This document shows positions 50,411 through 63,639 of a DNA stretch of 64,000 nt, piece by piece. Position numbers and translations under genes: made by a program. How positions within the stretch are numbered: the stretch's first letter is position 1; each line of letters begins with the position of its first letter. The stretch spans positions 30,313,586-30,377,585 of the forward strand of contig NC_057736.1 in the NCBI RefSeq assembly GCF_004010195.1, given 5' to 3'. The DNA is from Chiloscyllium plagiosum (Eukaryota). The notes beneath the pieces were generated by a model. That model was not told the origin of the DNA and made no database searches. It saw only the letters and a list, made by a program, of their open reading frames with translations.

Positions 50411-51715
50411 TTCCCATACCCCTGGTCCTAAGAATTATATCTTATGCCTTTTTGAAAACATTCTAGATTTAAGCCTCAACCACGATCTGTGGCAGAATTC
50501 CGTAGGCTCACCATTCTCCAGGTGAAGACACTTCTCCTCATCTCAGTTTAAGTGATCTATCTCATATCCTTAGTCTGAAATCATCTATCCCATATCCTTA
50601 GACTGTGACCCATTATTCTGGACTCCCTGTTATTAGGAACATCCTTCCTGCATTTACCCTGTCTAGATTTCTGTGAGAACCACCATCACGTCCATCTAAT
50701 TCTTCCAAATGCTTGTGAATTTAGACCTACTCAATCCAATCTTTCATCATACATTATACCCATCCCAGGAACCAGTCTGATAAATGTTGTTGCTCTCCCT
50801 CCATAACCAGAACATCTTCCTCAGATAAGGAGACCAAAACTACATGCAAGACTCCAGGTATGGTCTGACCAATGCTCAGTACAATTGCAACAAGAAATCC
50901 TTGCCCCTATACTGGTATTTCTCTCACTGTGAAGGCCAACATACCATTCGCCTCCTTCACTATCTGTTGCATCTGTATGCTTACTTTCAGTGACTGGTTT
51001 ACAAGCGCATCCAGGTTTTATTGCTTCTTTCACTTTCCCAATCTGTCGCTGTTCCTGTTTATGCTACCAGAGTGGATAACCTCACATTTATCCACTTCAT
51101 TGACATTGCATTTGCACTCCTCCACAAATTGTCTAAATCACACTGAAACATTTCTGCATGCTTCTCACAATTTACCTTACAACATAAGTTGTAATCTGCA
51201 AACTTGGAGATATTGCATTTAATTCTCTCATCTAAACATTAAAATATCTTGCGGATAGATGGGCCCCAATCACTGATCCCTGCGGTACCCCGCTAGTCGC
51301 TACTAATCAGAAAAAGATCGGTTTATTCCTATTCTTTGTTTTCTGTCTGCTAACTAATTCTCTATCCATGCCAGCACAACCAGTCCCATGTGCTTTCACT
51401 TTACATGCTCATATTTCATGTGGAACCTTATTGAAAGCCTTCTAAAAAGTCCAGTAAGCTGGCAGCCATTGGCTCCCTCTTATCTACAAGTTACTTAAGA
51501 TAACTGTTGGAAAATTCTGAAAACCATTTGAACCAACTCCACATTTTATTATACATTTGTGACCAATAAAGTAGGATGGCAGAGTCAGGATTTTGTTTGT
51601 AGCCTTTCTAATTGAGATTACATCTTGTGTTAAACTTTGCAGGAAAATCGTTGTGCTCCAGCTGTTACTAGAACCTGCATTTCTTTCATTATTCACCCTC
51701 GAAAATCAAGGAAAT

Positions 51716-54700
51716 ATGCTTCATCTGATTTACAGCGCATTGATCTTGTCTGCTTCTTTCAACAGAGGTAAGCAGTAGATTTATGTGAACATACTGACAG
51801 ATTTTTAATAGTTCCACTGTTATGCCTGACTATCCCACAATCGTATTGAATTATACACTTTTCAAAAAGAAAAATAACTCATTGTTCGGAAACAAGTGAG
51901 CAATAATGCCCTTCAGTTATTTGAGAATAGATTGAACAAAGAAGCTTGTAAATTCTGAGGAGATAACTTAAACTTTGGATTTCAGAGTGCTAAAGAAGGA
52001 AGTAAATATGGCACTAGTTTCTTGCTTTGATTCCAGGCATTCCACATCATCGACATGATGAGGAGAGAACTATACATCAGTTGCACATTTGGAACAGAGT
52101 GGAGTAAGGGTGGAATTTCTTTGGTAATTACATCAAAGATCCAAGTTAGAGAAAGAGAAGTCCAATGGATCAGTCCGTGACAACGCTAACAGGATAATGG
52201 ATTGAGTCATAGAGTCATATAGCACAGTAACAGACCCTTCCATCCAACTCATTCAAGTTGAGCAGGGATGCCAAACTTTGCTAGTCCCATTTGCCTGCAT
52301 TTGGTCCATATCTCTGTAAATCTTTCCTATTCATGTACCTATCCAAATGTCTTTTAAATGTTGCAATTTTATCTGCCTTCAACACTTCCTCTGTCAGCTC
52401 ATTCCATATGTCCTCCACCCTTTTTGTGTGGAAAGGTTAGCCCTCAGGTCCCTTTTAAATCTTGCCCCTCTCACCTTCAACCTCTGGCCTTTTATTTTTA
52501 GACACTCCTTTCCTGGGAAAAAGACATTTTGTCCATGCCCCTCATGTTTTTATAAACCTCTATAAGGTCATTCCTCAACCTCCTACACTCAAGGGGAGAA
52601 AACCACCAGCCAATCCAGCCTTTCCTTATGACTCAAACTTTCCAGCCCTGGCAATACCCTTATAAATTTTTTCTGCACCCTTTCAAGTTTAACAACAACC
52701 TTCCCACTGCAGGGCAATCAGAATTGAATGCAGTATTTCAAAATTGGTCTCACCAATGTCTTGTACAGCCTCATCATAGCATTCCAACTTCAATGAAAGC
52801 AAGTGTACCAAACCACCTTCACCACTATCCTGTCCAAATGTGATTGTGATGGAAAGGAGAATTCTCAGTCATCAGAAAGTGGGGAGAAAGAAACACTCTT
52901 GACTGTCAAGAAAGAATTGTTAAAGCTGAATTGCCATTGAAAAAAATTCATTTGGAATTTCTACCAATTGACTCAGATGTTATGAGAACAGAAAGTTCAG
53001 GATTTATCAGCGTGATCAACTTGGAACAGCATATTGTTTATGAGGGGTAGGCAGCAGACAGGAATAATTGACAAGACACAATTAGCTGGGATTTGGAAAG
53101 CAAAGAATGAAATGCACTATCAAAGTTTTCTCATGCTACTTTGAAAAGCATAGAATTAGAACACAGTTGCTTCATCGATACAGTTATAAAGTGCAGAGGA
53201 AATCACAGATCATTCCTTTTGGGATTTACAATGATTCAATACATAAGAGATGATACAATAATATAATTTAAAGTGTATTTTATTTGGATTAATTGTGAGA
53301 TTATACAAAGTTTATAGTGGAGACTCCTCCATCTTGCCAATGGTCAGACAGTCATTATTCCACTGTTGATCAGAATTGCACATGCGGACCCTGCAGAACC
53401 CTGATCATTGCAGATTCCAAAGGAACTGCTCAGGAAGTTAAACTTTTCATTGGACAGTTCCTCTCTGCTGAGAACCTCTCAAATTTATCAATTTGAACCA
53501 AATAATTTAGGGTATTCAAATGGAGTTATGTAAATAATTACTCAGAAAAAGTTAGACTATTCTCATTTAGCCTAGTCTCATTCCTGAGTAGACATTCAAT
53601 GGACCCATTAATTAGCTCGCCAACCCCTAACTATCCCCCTACACAATAACGCTCAGACTCTGCCATCACCCTCTCTCGCCAGAATCTGCCAGCCCTGCCA
53701 TACTCGGGGCCTGCTCAGCCCTTCTCCCACTCTGGACCAGCTGCTGCCCTTTCCTTGCTCCAGACGTACAACTTCATCACCCTTCCCCCTCTGTAGACCC
53801 ACTGATAGCTCCTACCCAACTCTGGATAGGATATGCCCGTGCTGCTACCTACTGCCCCACCCACCACTTATGACTAGACTCTCTACCACTAGACCTGACC
53901 ATTTCTGCAATCAAATAATTGCCCTCTGCAGCCCTTCACTGGAGCAAATCACCTCTACCTACCTTAAGCGCTGCATTATTTACTTGGCGTTTACCCATTT
54001 TGAATCCTATGCCATACCTGCTTGGCAAACCAACCACCAGCACCCCACTCCTTATTCATCTGGTGCCTTAACCCTCATTACACCTTATCCCACTGACAAC
54101 CAAACTACTTGGTCACCCTACCCACTACCCATATGACATCCTAAGCTCACACTTACCTGAAGTACTTAACAGGTAAGCAGCTGTCAGTGGCTATCTTTGA
54201 TTCTCGACTATCAAATTTCAGAGCGTGTCAGCTACTGTCTGTGAAAAGTGGCCATGGTTTGCCTTTTTTCATCAGTTCTGCACTACAAGAGAACACCTTA
54301 AAAAAAAATCTAGCCTGATTTCCTGCATGTCTCACGTATTTCTATAAATATCTGTACATTTACAATGTAATTCATTGGTTGCAAAATGCTTTGTGTCATT
54401 CTGAAGATATGATGAGATGCTGTATAAATGTACAGTTGTATTCTCTGACTATGATATGATACTGTGTATGTGTATCAAAATTTTTTTTAAAGATGAAAAG
54501 AAAATATTCTCATACTGTTATTAATTATATCTCTTACAGTTTCAAGCTCATCATCAGATGAGACAGGTAATCCTGATTAAACACATCGGAGACAGTGTAT
54601 TGCTTTAAAATGCAATTTATTCATTTTTATCATCATGTTTTACAAAAGTGTCAGAATGGAGAGACATCCCTTTCACTCTGTATATTCATCTGGATTTTCC

Positions 54701-57700
54701 AATGGCATGACAGTCACATTTCCAGTATAGTTGGAGTTGTGCATCAGGCCTCTGTAGAATCCCCATAGTAGCAAACTCTAAAAGACTAGCATAGAAAATT
54801 GAATTTTCCAACACACAACTCCTTGATGCTTAGAACCTTGTAAAAGTGTCTATTGAAGTCAGAAATCAAGTCTGATTAAGTTGAGTAAATAATTACTTAG
54901 AAATGTTAGACTATTAAATACCTAGTCTAATTCTTATGTCAGTATTCAGCTGACTCCATAATTACCTAATACTCCCCATTATACTTCCTATGGACCCATA
55001 AATTCTGAACTGACATTACCCTCTCACCCCCAAACATCAGACACCCTCACTCCACCAGCTCACCCCTTAACCCCAATATGGACCTGCTTTGCCTTCCCTA
55101 GCATCTAAATGCCTATTACCTGGACTGTACCTTCTTGCTGCTGCTTCCTCTGATCCATGGACTACTGTGCACCTTCCCTGACCCACCACCCACTGTTCCC
55201 CTGCTTTGGACATGATCTGCCTGTACACTACCCTCTCCTGCCCTGCTGTTAGACCTGATTGCTTCCTGGACCAGATACCCCTCACTGGAGCAGGCAACTC
55301 TCAACCCTAATCTGAACACTTGATCACTCTCAGTCTACACCCACTTGCCATCCTACCTTCCTGACATCTTCCACACATACATACTTGGTACTGTATCTAC
55401 TGGTACACTGGCTACCTGGCACCGTACCCACTATCCATCTGACATCCTAACCATGTATTTAAGTACTTAACATTCAACAGGGGTTGACAAGGGGTCTCTC
55501 TGTGATTTTGCACCTTTTAAATTACAGAACATAACAGTGGTATCCTGTCAGAAACGCCCAGTTTTTTTCTTTTGTTATTTCCACTCCGTGGAAACTCTGG
55601 TCCATTAAACTGAAAGTTACACAAATACTGTTGCAATTACAAAGTAATCCACTGTTTGCAAAATACTTCGGGTCATTCTGAAGATGAAGTGGGCGGCACG
55701 GTGGCACAGTGGTTAGCACTGCTGCCTCACAGCGCCAGAGACCCGGGTTCAATTCCCGCCTCAGGCGACCGACTGTGTGGAGGTTGCACATTCTCCCCGT
55801 GTCTGCGTGGGTTTCCTCTGGGTGCTCCGGTTTCCTCCCACACTCCAAAAATGTGCAGGTTAGGTGAATTGGCCACGCTAAATTACCTGTAGTGTTAGGT
55901 GCAGGGGTAAATGTAGGGGAATGGATCTGGGTGGGTGCGCTTCGGCTGGTCGGTGTGGACTTGTTGGGCCGAAGGGCCTGTTTCCACACTGTAAGTGATC
56001 TAATCTAAAAAAAAATGTAATAAGATGCTATATAAATGCAAGAAGGCATTTTCGGACTCAATATAGCAAAATATGAAATCAGACTGGGTGAGTGAAATAA
56101 AGCTATTTAAAAAACACAAAATGTTCTCATCCTGTTATTAATTACATCCTTTTTCAGGTACTAGCTCATCATCAAGTGAGTCATGCAATCCTGATTTTTT
56201 TTCCCCCCACCTATCCCCATCCTATTGGTCAGATACATTTACTACTTTACTGTCTGTGGCTGTGGGGCCCAGTGTAGTCCAGAAAGCTAACGTTATTATT
56301 TATATTGTGGAGAGGGACATCTTGCTTTTCCTTAAACAATCTGTCTTTTCCATGTGTAATGGAGAGTAAGCAGGGCTGAGGATGTGGAGTACTTTCTCAC
56401 TTTTTTCCCAGCATTGTCTACTGCACTGGGATAGTGCCATTTGGATATTCCAGTTATGTTTATTCTCATGGTTCAGATAGAAAATGACCCATTGCAGCAT
56501 TTTTCTTCAAATCACGTCTGCTCAGCCACCAACATCCACCAATCCAGAAAGTATGTTTTGCTAAAAACAGGAAATGCTGGAAAAGCTTTCAGCATTTTCT
56601 GTTTTTAGCAAAACATTCTTTATAGATTTGTGGATGCTGGTGGCTGAGTAGACATGATTTGAAGAAAAATGCTGCAATGGGTCATTTTCTTTCAGCATTT
56701 CTGGCATCATCTGGCAAGTGAGAAACAGAGGTGCTAGTTCAGTTTGAGTGACTCGTTTTCATGAAGTTAGTAAACTTACTTTAACACTGCCCCCAGCTGT
56801 ATGAGAACTCGATAGGGGTAGCCTGGCACTTGGTAAACAAAGTACCTTAATCCTGCATTGAATATACTCTATGGGGCTCTGTCTGCAATCCTGAACACCA
56901 CCTCCCAAACTCCCCATCACCTCACCTCATCAATGAAAGCTCCCCAAGTGGAGAAGACCATACTGTTATTATCCAGCATTGAGTCTCAAACAAGTTCAAA
57001 GTTATTCTTTTTCTGTCCAATCAGGTTGAAGTTAGGGAAAACTGAGTTCCTTGCTTTGGAACAGGTGACTATTTAATGGACATTGCAACTCTGTGGAAGC
57101 AGTGCCATATATCTGGGTTTTGAGCTTGTAGTTTTGAATGTTAATATACCCCTGACATTCTTAGCCCTCACACTGAGAAGAATATGTCTGTGCAATGCAC
57201 AAACTGATAAAGTGATGTTTGGTATTTAACTTGACTGTTTTACTTCATTACTGATATCAAATTATAGCATTTCTCACTTTCTAAAGCTTTTGTAATGTTT
57301 GTTTTTTCTCCATGTAATTACAGATTGGTCAACGGCTGCCTGGATTGCAGGAGGAGCGGGTAAAGAACAACCTGCTTTCATACTCTCCCTTAACAGCTTC
57401 TCAGAATATCCAAAGATGCTTCCGAAATAGTTGAATATATATCTACACACTGCTGTTATGTGGGGAACCAATCTGGGCATGGGAAGATTCCACAAGAGTA
57501 GATAATGTTGTTTTCAGTGATGTTTCTTGAACATTTGCCCAGAAAAGCATGCTGTTCTTCATTTAATGCCAACAAATGGTGGGCACCTTGATTTCTGTCT
57601 CCTCTGCAGTTCAAGGCAGCAGCTCACCATCAACTTCTCAAGGGCAACTAGGGACAGACAATAAAGACACCCTCATCTCATGAGCAAATTTTAAAAATCG

Positions 57701-60004
57701 CACCACTGACAACTCAGCACACCTTCAGCATAACACTAAATTGTCAAGCTAAACTGAGACTGCGAGTGGAGAAACTTTGATGTTGGCATACTCAAAATCA
57801 TGAAGGAGACAGAGCAAGTCGACAAGATAATTAGTCAATAAGTCTCTCAAAACACGTAGAGGGTAGTTAAAGCAAAACAACTGAGCTAATAACTGGGAAT
57901 CATTGATAGAACATAATTGGAAAAGATCACAGAGATGAGGAGAGATGGTGTTACATTTGTAACATTTGAATCTGGAACATGGAACCTGAAAAAGTGTGGA
58001 AGTTGACTCCAGATATATTGTTAGAAGTGAGATGAATAGGTTCTTACAGGCTATGGGCATTATATGGGAATGAGGGACCAAATGTGACAGTTCTTTCAAA
58101 GTGATAGCATGATGGCTTGAAAGCTTTCTGCGTTCTATCTTTATTATGATTCTATTCTGAAATAATCGGTGGGATAGCCTTGTTCGCTGATGGAATTTGA
58201 AAATGCAAACATGTGACATGATGTTGAGTCCTTTAAAAGCTGTTGCTGTTGTGGCCTTATGCTGCTGTTACACAAAGGGCTGTCTTTATTCTTTCTGAAT
58301 GGCTGCAAAATACATTGAACATGGGAAATCTCTTTGCTGGATTTGTTGAAGCAGTGATGTGTTATCACCTGGCTTGGTTGTTCTATTTTGTAGTTGCTGC
58401 ATTAGTTGCTGCCCCTGTTGCTGTTGCTGCAGCTGGATTTACTGGTGCTGGAATAGCAGCTGGATCCTTCGGAGCACAGATGATGTCTGCGGCAGCACTC
58501 GCTAATGGAGGAGGTGTAGCAGCAGGCGGCATTGTAGCAACTCTCCAGTCTCTTGGTATGATTTCATACTTTTTTTTTTGTTTAATTGAACAGTTATAAA
58601 GATTGATGTTAATATAATCACTGGTTCAGCAGCTTGGCTGACCAAGTGGCAAGTAACATTTATGCCACAGAAATGCCAGCCAATGACCATTTCCAAAAAG
58701 ACACAATCCAAACACCACCCCTTGACATTCAATAGTGTTACTATCACTGAATCCCCCACTATCAATATCCTCAGAGTTACCGTTGACAAGAAACTCAACT
58801 GGACTTGCCATGTGAACACAGTGGCTACAAGAGCAGGTCAGAGCAGTAACAAACTCACCTCCTGACTCCCAAAGTCTGTCCACCAAGTCAAGAGTGTGAT
58901 AGAATACTTGCCTAGATGGGTGCAATTCCAACAAGACTCGAGAACTTATGACACTACACAGGACAAAGCAGCCTACTTGATTGACACAATATCCACAAGC
59001 ATCCACGCTCTCTGACACCAGAGACACATCGTAGCAACAAGATGCACTGCAGAAATTCGCCAAAGATCCTTAGACAACATCTTCCAAACCCATGACAACT
59101 TCCAGTCAGAAGGACAAGGGCAGCAGATATATGGGAACACTACCCCCTGCAAATTCCTCTCCAAACCACTCACCATCCTGATTTGGAAATATGTCACCTT
59201 TCCTTCAGTGTTGCTGGGTCAAAATCCTGGAATTCCTTCCCGTAGGGCATTGTGGGTCTACCTAGAGCACTCAATTAACTGGTTCAAGAGAAAAGCTTAC
59301 CACCACCTTCTCAAGGGCAACTAGGGACAGGCAAAAAATGCTGGCCAGACAGCAGTGCCCACGTTCAACAAGTGTTTTTTTAAAAAAAGCTTTAATTCAT
59401 CTCTCCAAATGTACATGAAGAAAAGATTTTTGAGTTGAGTCACGGTTCTGTGATTTTTCAAACACAAGGCTATCAGTCTTCATGAGAGCAGAGGGAGATT
59501 ATACTTGCTGAATGTATTACTGAATGTAGTCCAAATGGGTATCAAAATAATAAAAACCCAATATTTATGTTGGAGTGAAACTCATCAATGAAGCAATTAG
59601 AAAAAGATGTCCTCTATCATTTATATTTTGAAAGAACTTCTAGAACTGTGTATTGTAAAATGACAAATGAACAGTTTTGCACCCACTTACTTGTTCTTTT
59701 TGAATCGGTGGAGAACCAATTTATATCAACTGTTCAACAGCTTTTACACGATCAGGATCGGAGACCTGGAATATAATGCTTCCCTGTGCAGAATGGTTCA
59801 CAGCACAGCATGATCAGTGTGGGGAGGGAGGCAGTGATATTGATATATGTTAAACATGGTAAAGATTAATGTAATGATCTTTTGTTAACCCATACAGGAG
59901 CTGCTGGAATCTCTACTGCTGGTGCTGCTGTCATAGGAAGTGTCGGTGGCTTGGGTGGTTATGTAGCAAAAGCAGTTTTTCAGGGTTCTGAAGATGAGCC
60001 CTAA
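51716..60004 (+). CDS. IFI6: IFI6-type ISG12 family gene (exons 51716-51767, 54540-54566, optional 56158-56175, 57324-57359, 58394-58555, 59898-60004; 127-133 aa)
   Basis: All exons are phase 1 with GT-AG sites. Protein: [26 protein letters not shown]-(GTSSSS)-[102 protein letters not shown]. The leader, Ser-rich linker and acidic tail parallel IFI6. The core and last exons are secure; the 5' exons are inferred; orthology is unproven. Confidence 0.8.
52200..52840 (-). mobile_element. CR1 LINE 3' fragment (intronic)
   Basis: gagtcatagagtcat tail and RT C-terminal nucleotide motifs in reverse. Confidence 0.8.
53530..56195 (+). repeat. Old intragenic tandem duplication (~53530-54580 / ~54885-56195), each unit ending in a micro-exon
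   Basis: gtaaataattact(c/t)agaaa(a/t)gttagactatt starts both units; both end ttctcat(a/c)ctgttattaatta...agctcatcatca...aatcctgatt. Confidence 0.8.
55691..56015 (+). mobile_element. HE1-like tRNA-derived SINE
   Basis: A box tggcacagtgg, B box ggttcaattcc, (taatc)n/poly-A tail; near-identical to the 17990 copy. Confidence 0.9.
56479..56690. repeat. ~210-bp imperfect palindrome without spacer
   Basis: agaaaatgacccattgcagcatttttcttcaaatca... mirrored by ...tgatttgaagaaaaatgctgcaatgggtcattttct; centre aaaagctttt at 56581-56590. Confidence 0.9.
58620..59365 (+). mobile_element. CR1/L2-group LINE 3' fragment (intronic)
   Basis: [10 protein letters not shown]...[29 protein letters not shown]. Confidence 0.75.
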
Positions 60005-60424
60005 AGCCCATGAGCTGTTTTAAAGTAGATACTTAGAAGGAATTAGTGAGGATTTATCTATTAGATGAAGGACTGAAATAATCATATACTATAAGAAGAT
60101 AATAAGCAATGAAGTATTTTCTGCTATTTTCTGCTGACTATAAATTAATAACTTTGAAATACTTTTAATTTTAGTATGGATGTTTCTATTCTCTTTCTGC
60201 TATTTTGATGCCCTGTTAGCTATTTCTCAATTAGAAGTGGATTAAAAAACCTTCAGATGTTGTCGTTCTGCAGCTGGTCATAGAGTAAATGAAAACATTC
60301 AGATTGCTGACTACATTAAATAGAAATGACAAGTGTCTGTGATGCTGAAAGTGTCATGCTGAATGTAATACCAGTGCCACTGCAGTTCACTGCAAGAATG
60401 AACTTTGTCTGTCTGGAGTAAGGG

Positions 60425-60546
60425 TAGGGCTTATGCCCGAAACGTCGATTCTCCTGCTCCTCGGATGCTGCTTGGCCTGCTGTGTTTTTCCAGCACCACA
60501 TTTTTCGACTCTGGTCTCCAGCATCTGCAGTCCTCACTTTCTCCTA
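60425..60546. mobile_element. Penelope-derived short element
   Basis: gggcttatgcccgaaacgtcgattctcc...cagtcctcactttctcc, same family as 25200-25330. Confidence 0.8.
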
Positions 60547-63500
60547 GGGTATTTTAAGGTTATCTTCAAAATGTCACAAGATCCATCTGTCGCAATGTCT
60601 CCTCTTATGTATCAAATGAGGTCTGACCATGCTCTTGTAAAGCCATTTGGGATGGTTTGTTACATTAAAGGTGTTATAAAAATACCAGTCATTGATGATC
60701 TTTTTGTCATATATCCCCAAACTTCCAATAGCATTTTTGTAACATGTAGGGATATAACTGGACTTTCAAGAGTCTCATATGAAAATAATATTTTTGTTGA
60801 GATGCAGGGATATTTGACAAATGAAGCATGCATCTCAAAATGCACATCTCATGGCTGACACACAAGTCTTGGAAACTCAGTTTCTGTGATATGTCAGAAT
60901 GATTTGAGGTGGTAAAAGTATGCATTGCCTCTACAAAATAAAATCTGAGATGGTGTTACACTTAATATCACAATAATCAAATAGTCTACTTGTGGAGCTA
61001 AACATCTATCAAATGATAATTAACATAACACTTGTTTTGGGATTCAATTTTCCCTTTGAACCCAGCATGCTGACCAAGAGCTTGGACCCCACTCTTAAAA
61101 TTTCTTTCTTTGGCTCTGACGACACCTCAATGAAACTCTGTGCGATGTTTTCCAAAGTTAAAAGATGCTGTATAAGTGCAAGCTGTGGTTACTGCATTCT
61201 ACTTGACAAACAATTTTAAACCTCATGGCCGCTTCCATTCAGAAATTTTACCATCTGGAGGCATCATTTTTCCAGCATTTTTTCCAGCAGATGCAAGCAA
61301 CTCATGGCAGCATTTAACTGCAGTAGTTGGGAGTAGAAATATGAATGAGTATTTCACTAAGTGAAACAATGCTTCTTACTACTTTATAGCCTTTTGTTCA
61401 CTGAGGCCTCAAGTAAATATTTATATCCAGTGTCTTCCAGCTCACTCGTGGTTAGAATTTTTAATGTTATTCTGTAACCAAGAAAATGCCAAATCTTAAT
61501 CCCAAATACCAGAGTTGACTGTGCTAAACCCATTGAGTATTATAACCCAGCAAGTCCTTTCAGTTTGCTATCTTTATTCTGCACAGTAACGAGTGTGAAG
61601 CTGTTCCTATTGAGATCAATTGAAGTTCAAGTTGACAAGCTACTCCGATATACGTCAGGTAATATTTAAGGTATTGCAAGAAATTGGAGGTCATGATTTC
61701 ACACACAGGTACTGTAAAGTTTACATTTATTTTTAGAAATATTGCTTTTTATAGTATTCACTTAGAATAACAGCAAATGTAAACCTCATGGTCCACACAC
61801 AGAGAAAGGCCCTTCAGCCCAATGAATGTGAGCCAGCCAAATATTTTCCAGCTCACACCATGTACCATCCACACAATGCACTGCAGAAATTCATTAAGGA
61901 TCTATAGACAGTACCTTCCTAGCCCAGTCACTGGGCCAAAAGTCTGGAACTCCCCCGCCCCCTGCATCCCCCTTCCCCCACCCCTCCTAAGGCATTGAGG
62001 AGCTACCTACACTTAATGGACTGCAGCAGGATCAAGAAGGCAGCTTACCTCCATGTTCTCAAGGCTATCTAAGGAAGTCATACATGCTGGCCCAGACAGC
62101 AATGTCCACATTGCACGAATGAATTTTTAAAAATTTGAAATAGCTTGATTTATCTTCATTTCTTTTGAGTGATACACCTCTGTCTTACTGTTAAAACAAA
62201 ACCTATAACATTGCATGCTTGTGTTTCAGTGAAAGACTTTGCAAAATAAAAGCAACCATGATCTATCAAATCAGATTTCCAGAGTCTGGGATCTGTTTTG
62301 TCCAGTAACAACATTTATTGGGATTATACCACAGTGTGGAAGATTCAATGCAGCAGTTTGACTCAAACTCCAACATTAGGTTGAACAGCATGCAGCTTCA
62401 TCCAAAAGTTTATGACACAAAACATTCACAACTATTTTTCTGGATCATTAAACTGGAGTTGTAGTAGATTTCTCTGAGTTTCCGTTTTATCCAAATTTAC
62501 CTGAGTTCGGTTACTCCTATTATACATAGATTTGGAAATATTACAGTTGTTTTAATACTCAGGTGGATTTTCTGCCAATTCATGGGTGGAATTTTCACTT
62601 CCTTGAGGATGTGGAAAATGGTAAGTCTGGGAAAACATAGTGAATCCAATGGAATCTCCCCTTAAGCTTTGTGACAACTTCAGAATCTCACTTCTGAAAG
62701 ATGACTGTCATATTTCCATGTACTTCCATCTAGTTAATACCTTCTCACCTTATTTGTACACCACTTCCAATTCTCCTCTCATTCCCTGAGAAACTAGACT
62801 CGCAAATTTCTGATGTTGGTCCCAGCAGGTACTTGGTGGCTGCAGCTCAAAGATTGTCCCGTCTATCATCCAACTCTGTCATCGATACCATGTCCGTGCA
62901 TGCTCAATACCCACCAGCTTTCTCGACTGTCCACATTAGTCAGCATCAGCAAGCCACCAGGCTCAATACATCTTCAAGCTTGCTCTTGGACCAAGTTAAA
63001 CAATTCAGCACTTTGACTCTACTTTGGAGCTCAAGGTTTGCATGCTTCTGCCAGGTTGCTTTCGGTGCACACCATCATCTCATACATCAATACAGCTGGC
63101 ATCAATGTTGCACCTGCTGCTAACAGCTTTGGTGGCAAACACACAACATGAGTATATAGCAAGTGGCCATATCTGAAGGTCAAGAGGGATGTGGCCTCAG
63201 TGGAGTCAAGGGGCACTACAGATTTTGAGAAAAGTCTCCTACCAAGTTCTATGTTGATGAGAAGTGATGTTGATCCAGAGCAATAAAACACACCAGTAAG
63301 AGAGATTCTGAGGTGGCGATGCAGTGGAAATGTCCTTTGGCTCATAATCCAGCAGCCACAGACTAATGCACTGAGGGACATAGGTTCAAGTGCCACCTTT
63401 TTAATGTTTAAAAAAGTGGATTCAAAGAGAATGAGGGAGCAATCTGGGTTATTGAAAGGCTAGTTTAAACTAAAAGCTTTGTGAGAGAGAGTCATAGAGT

Positions 63501-63639
63501 CATACAGCACAGAAGCAGACCCTTTAGTCTGACCAGACCATGTCAAACATTGTCCCAAACTAAACTAGTCTTACCTGCCTGCTTCTGGCTCATACCTCCC
63601 AACATTTCTTATTCATATACTTAGCTGAGTGCCTTTTAA

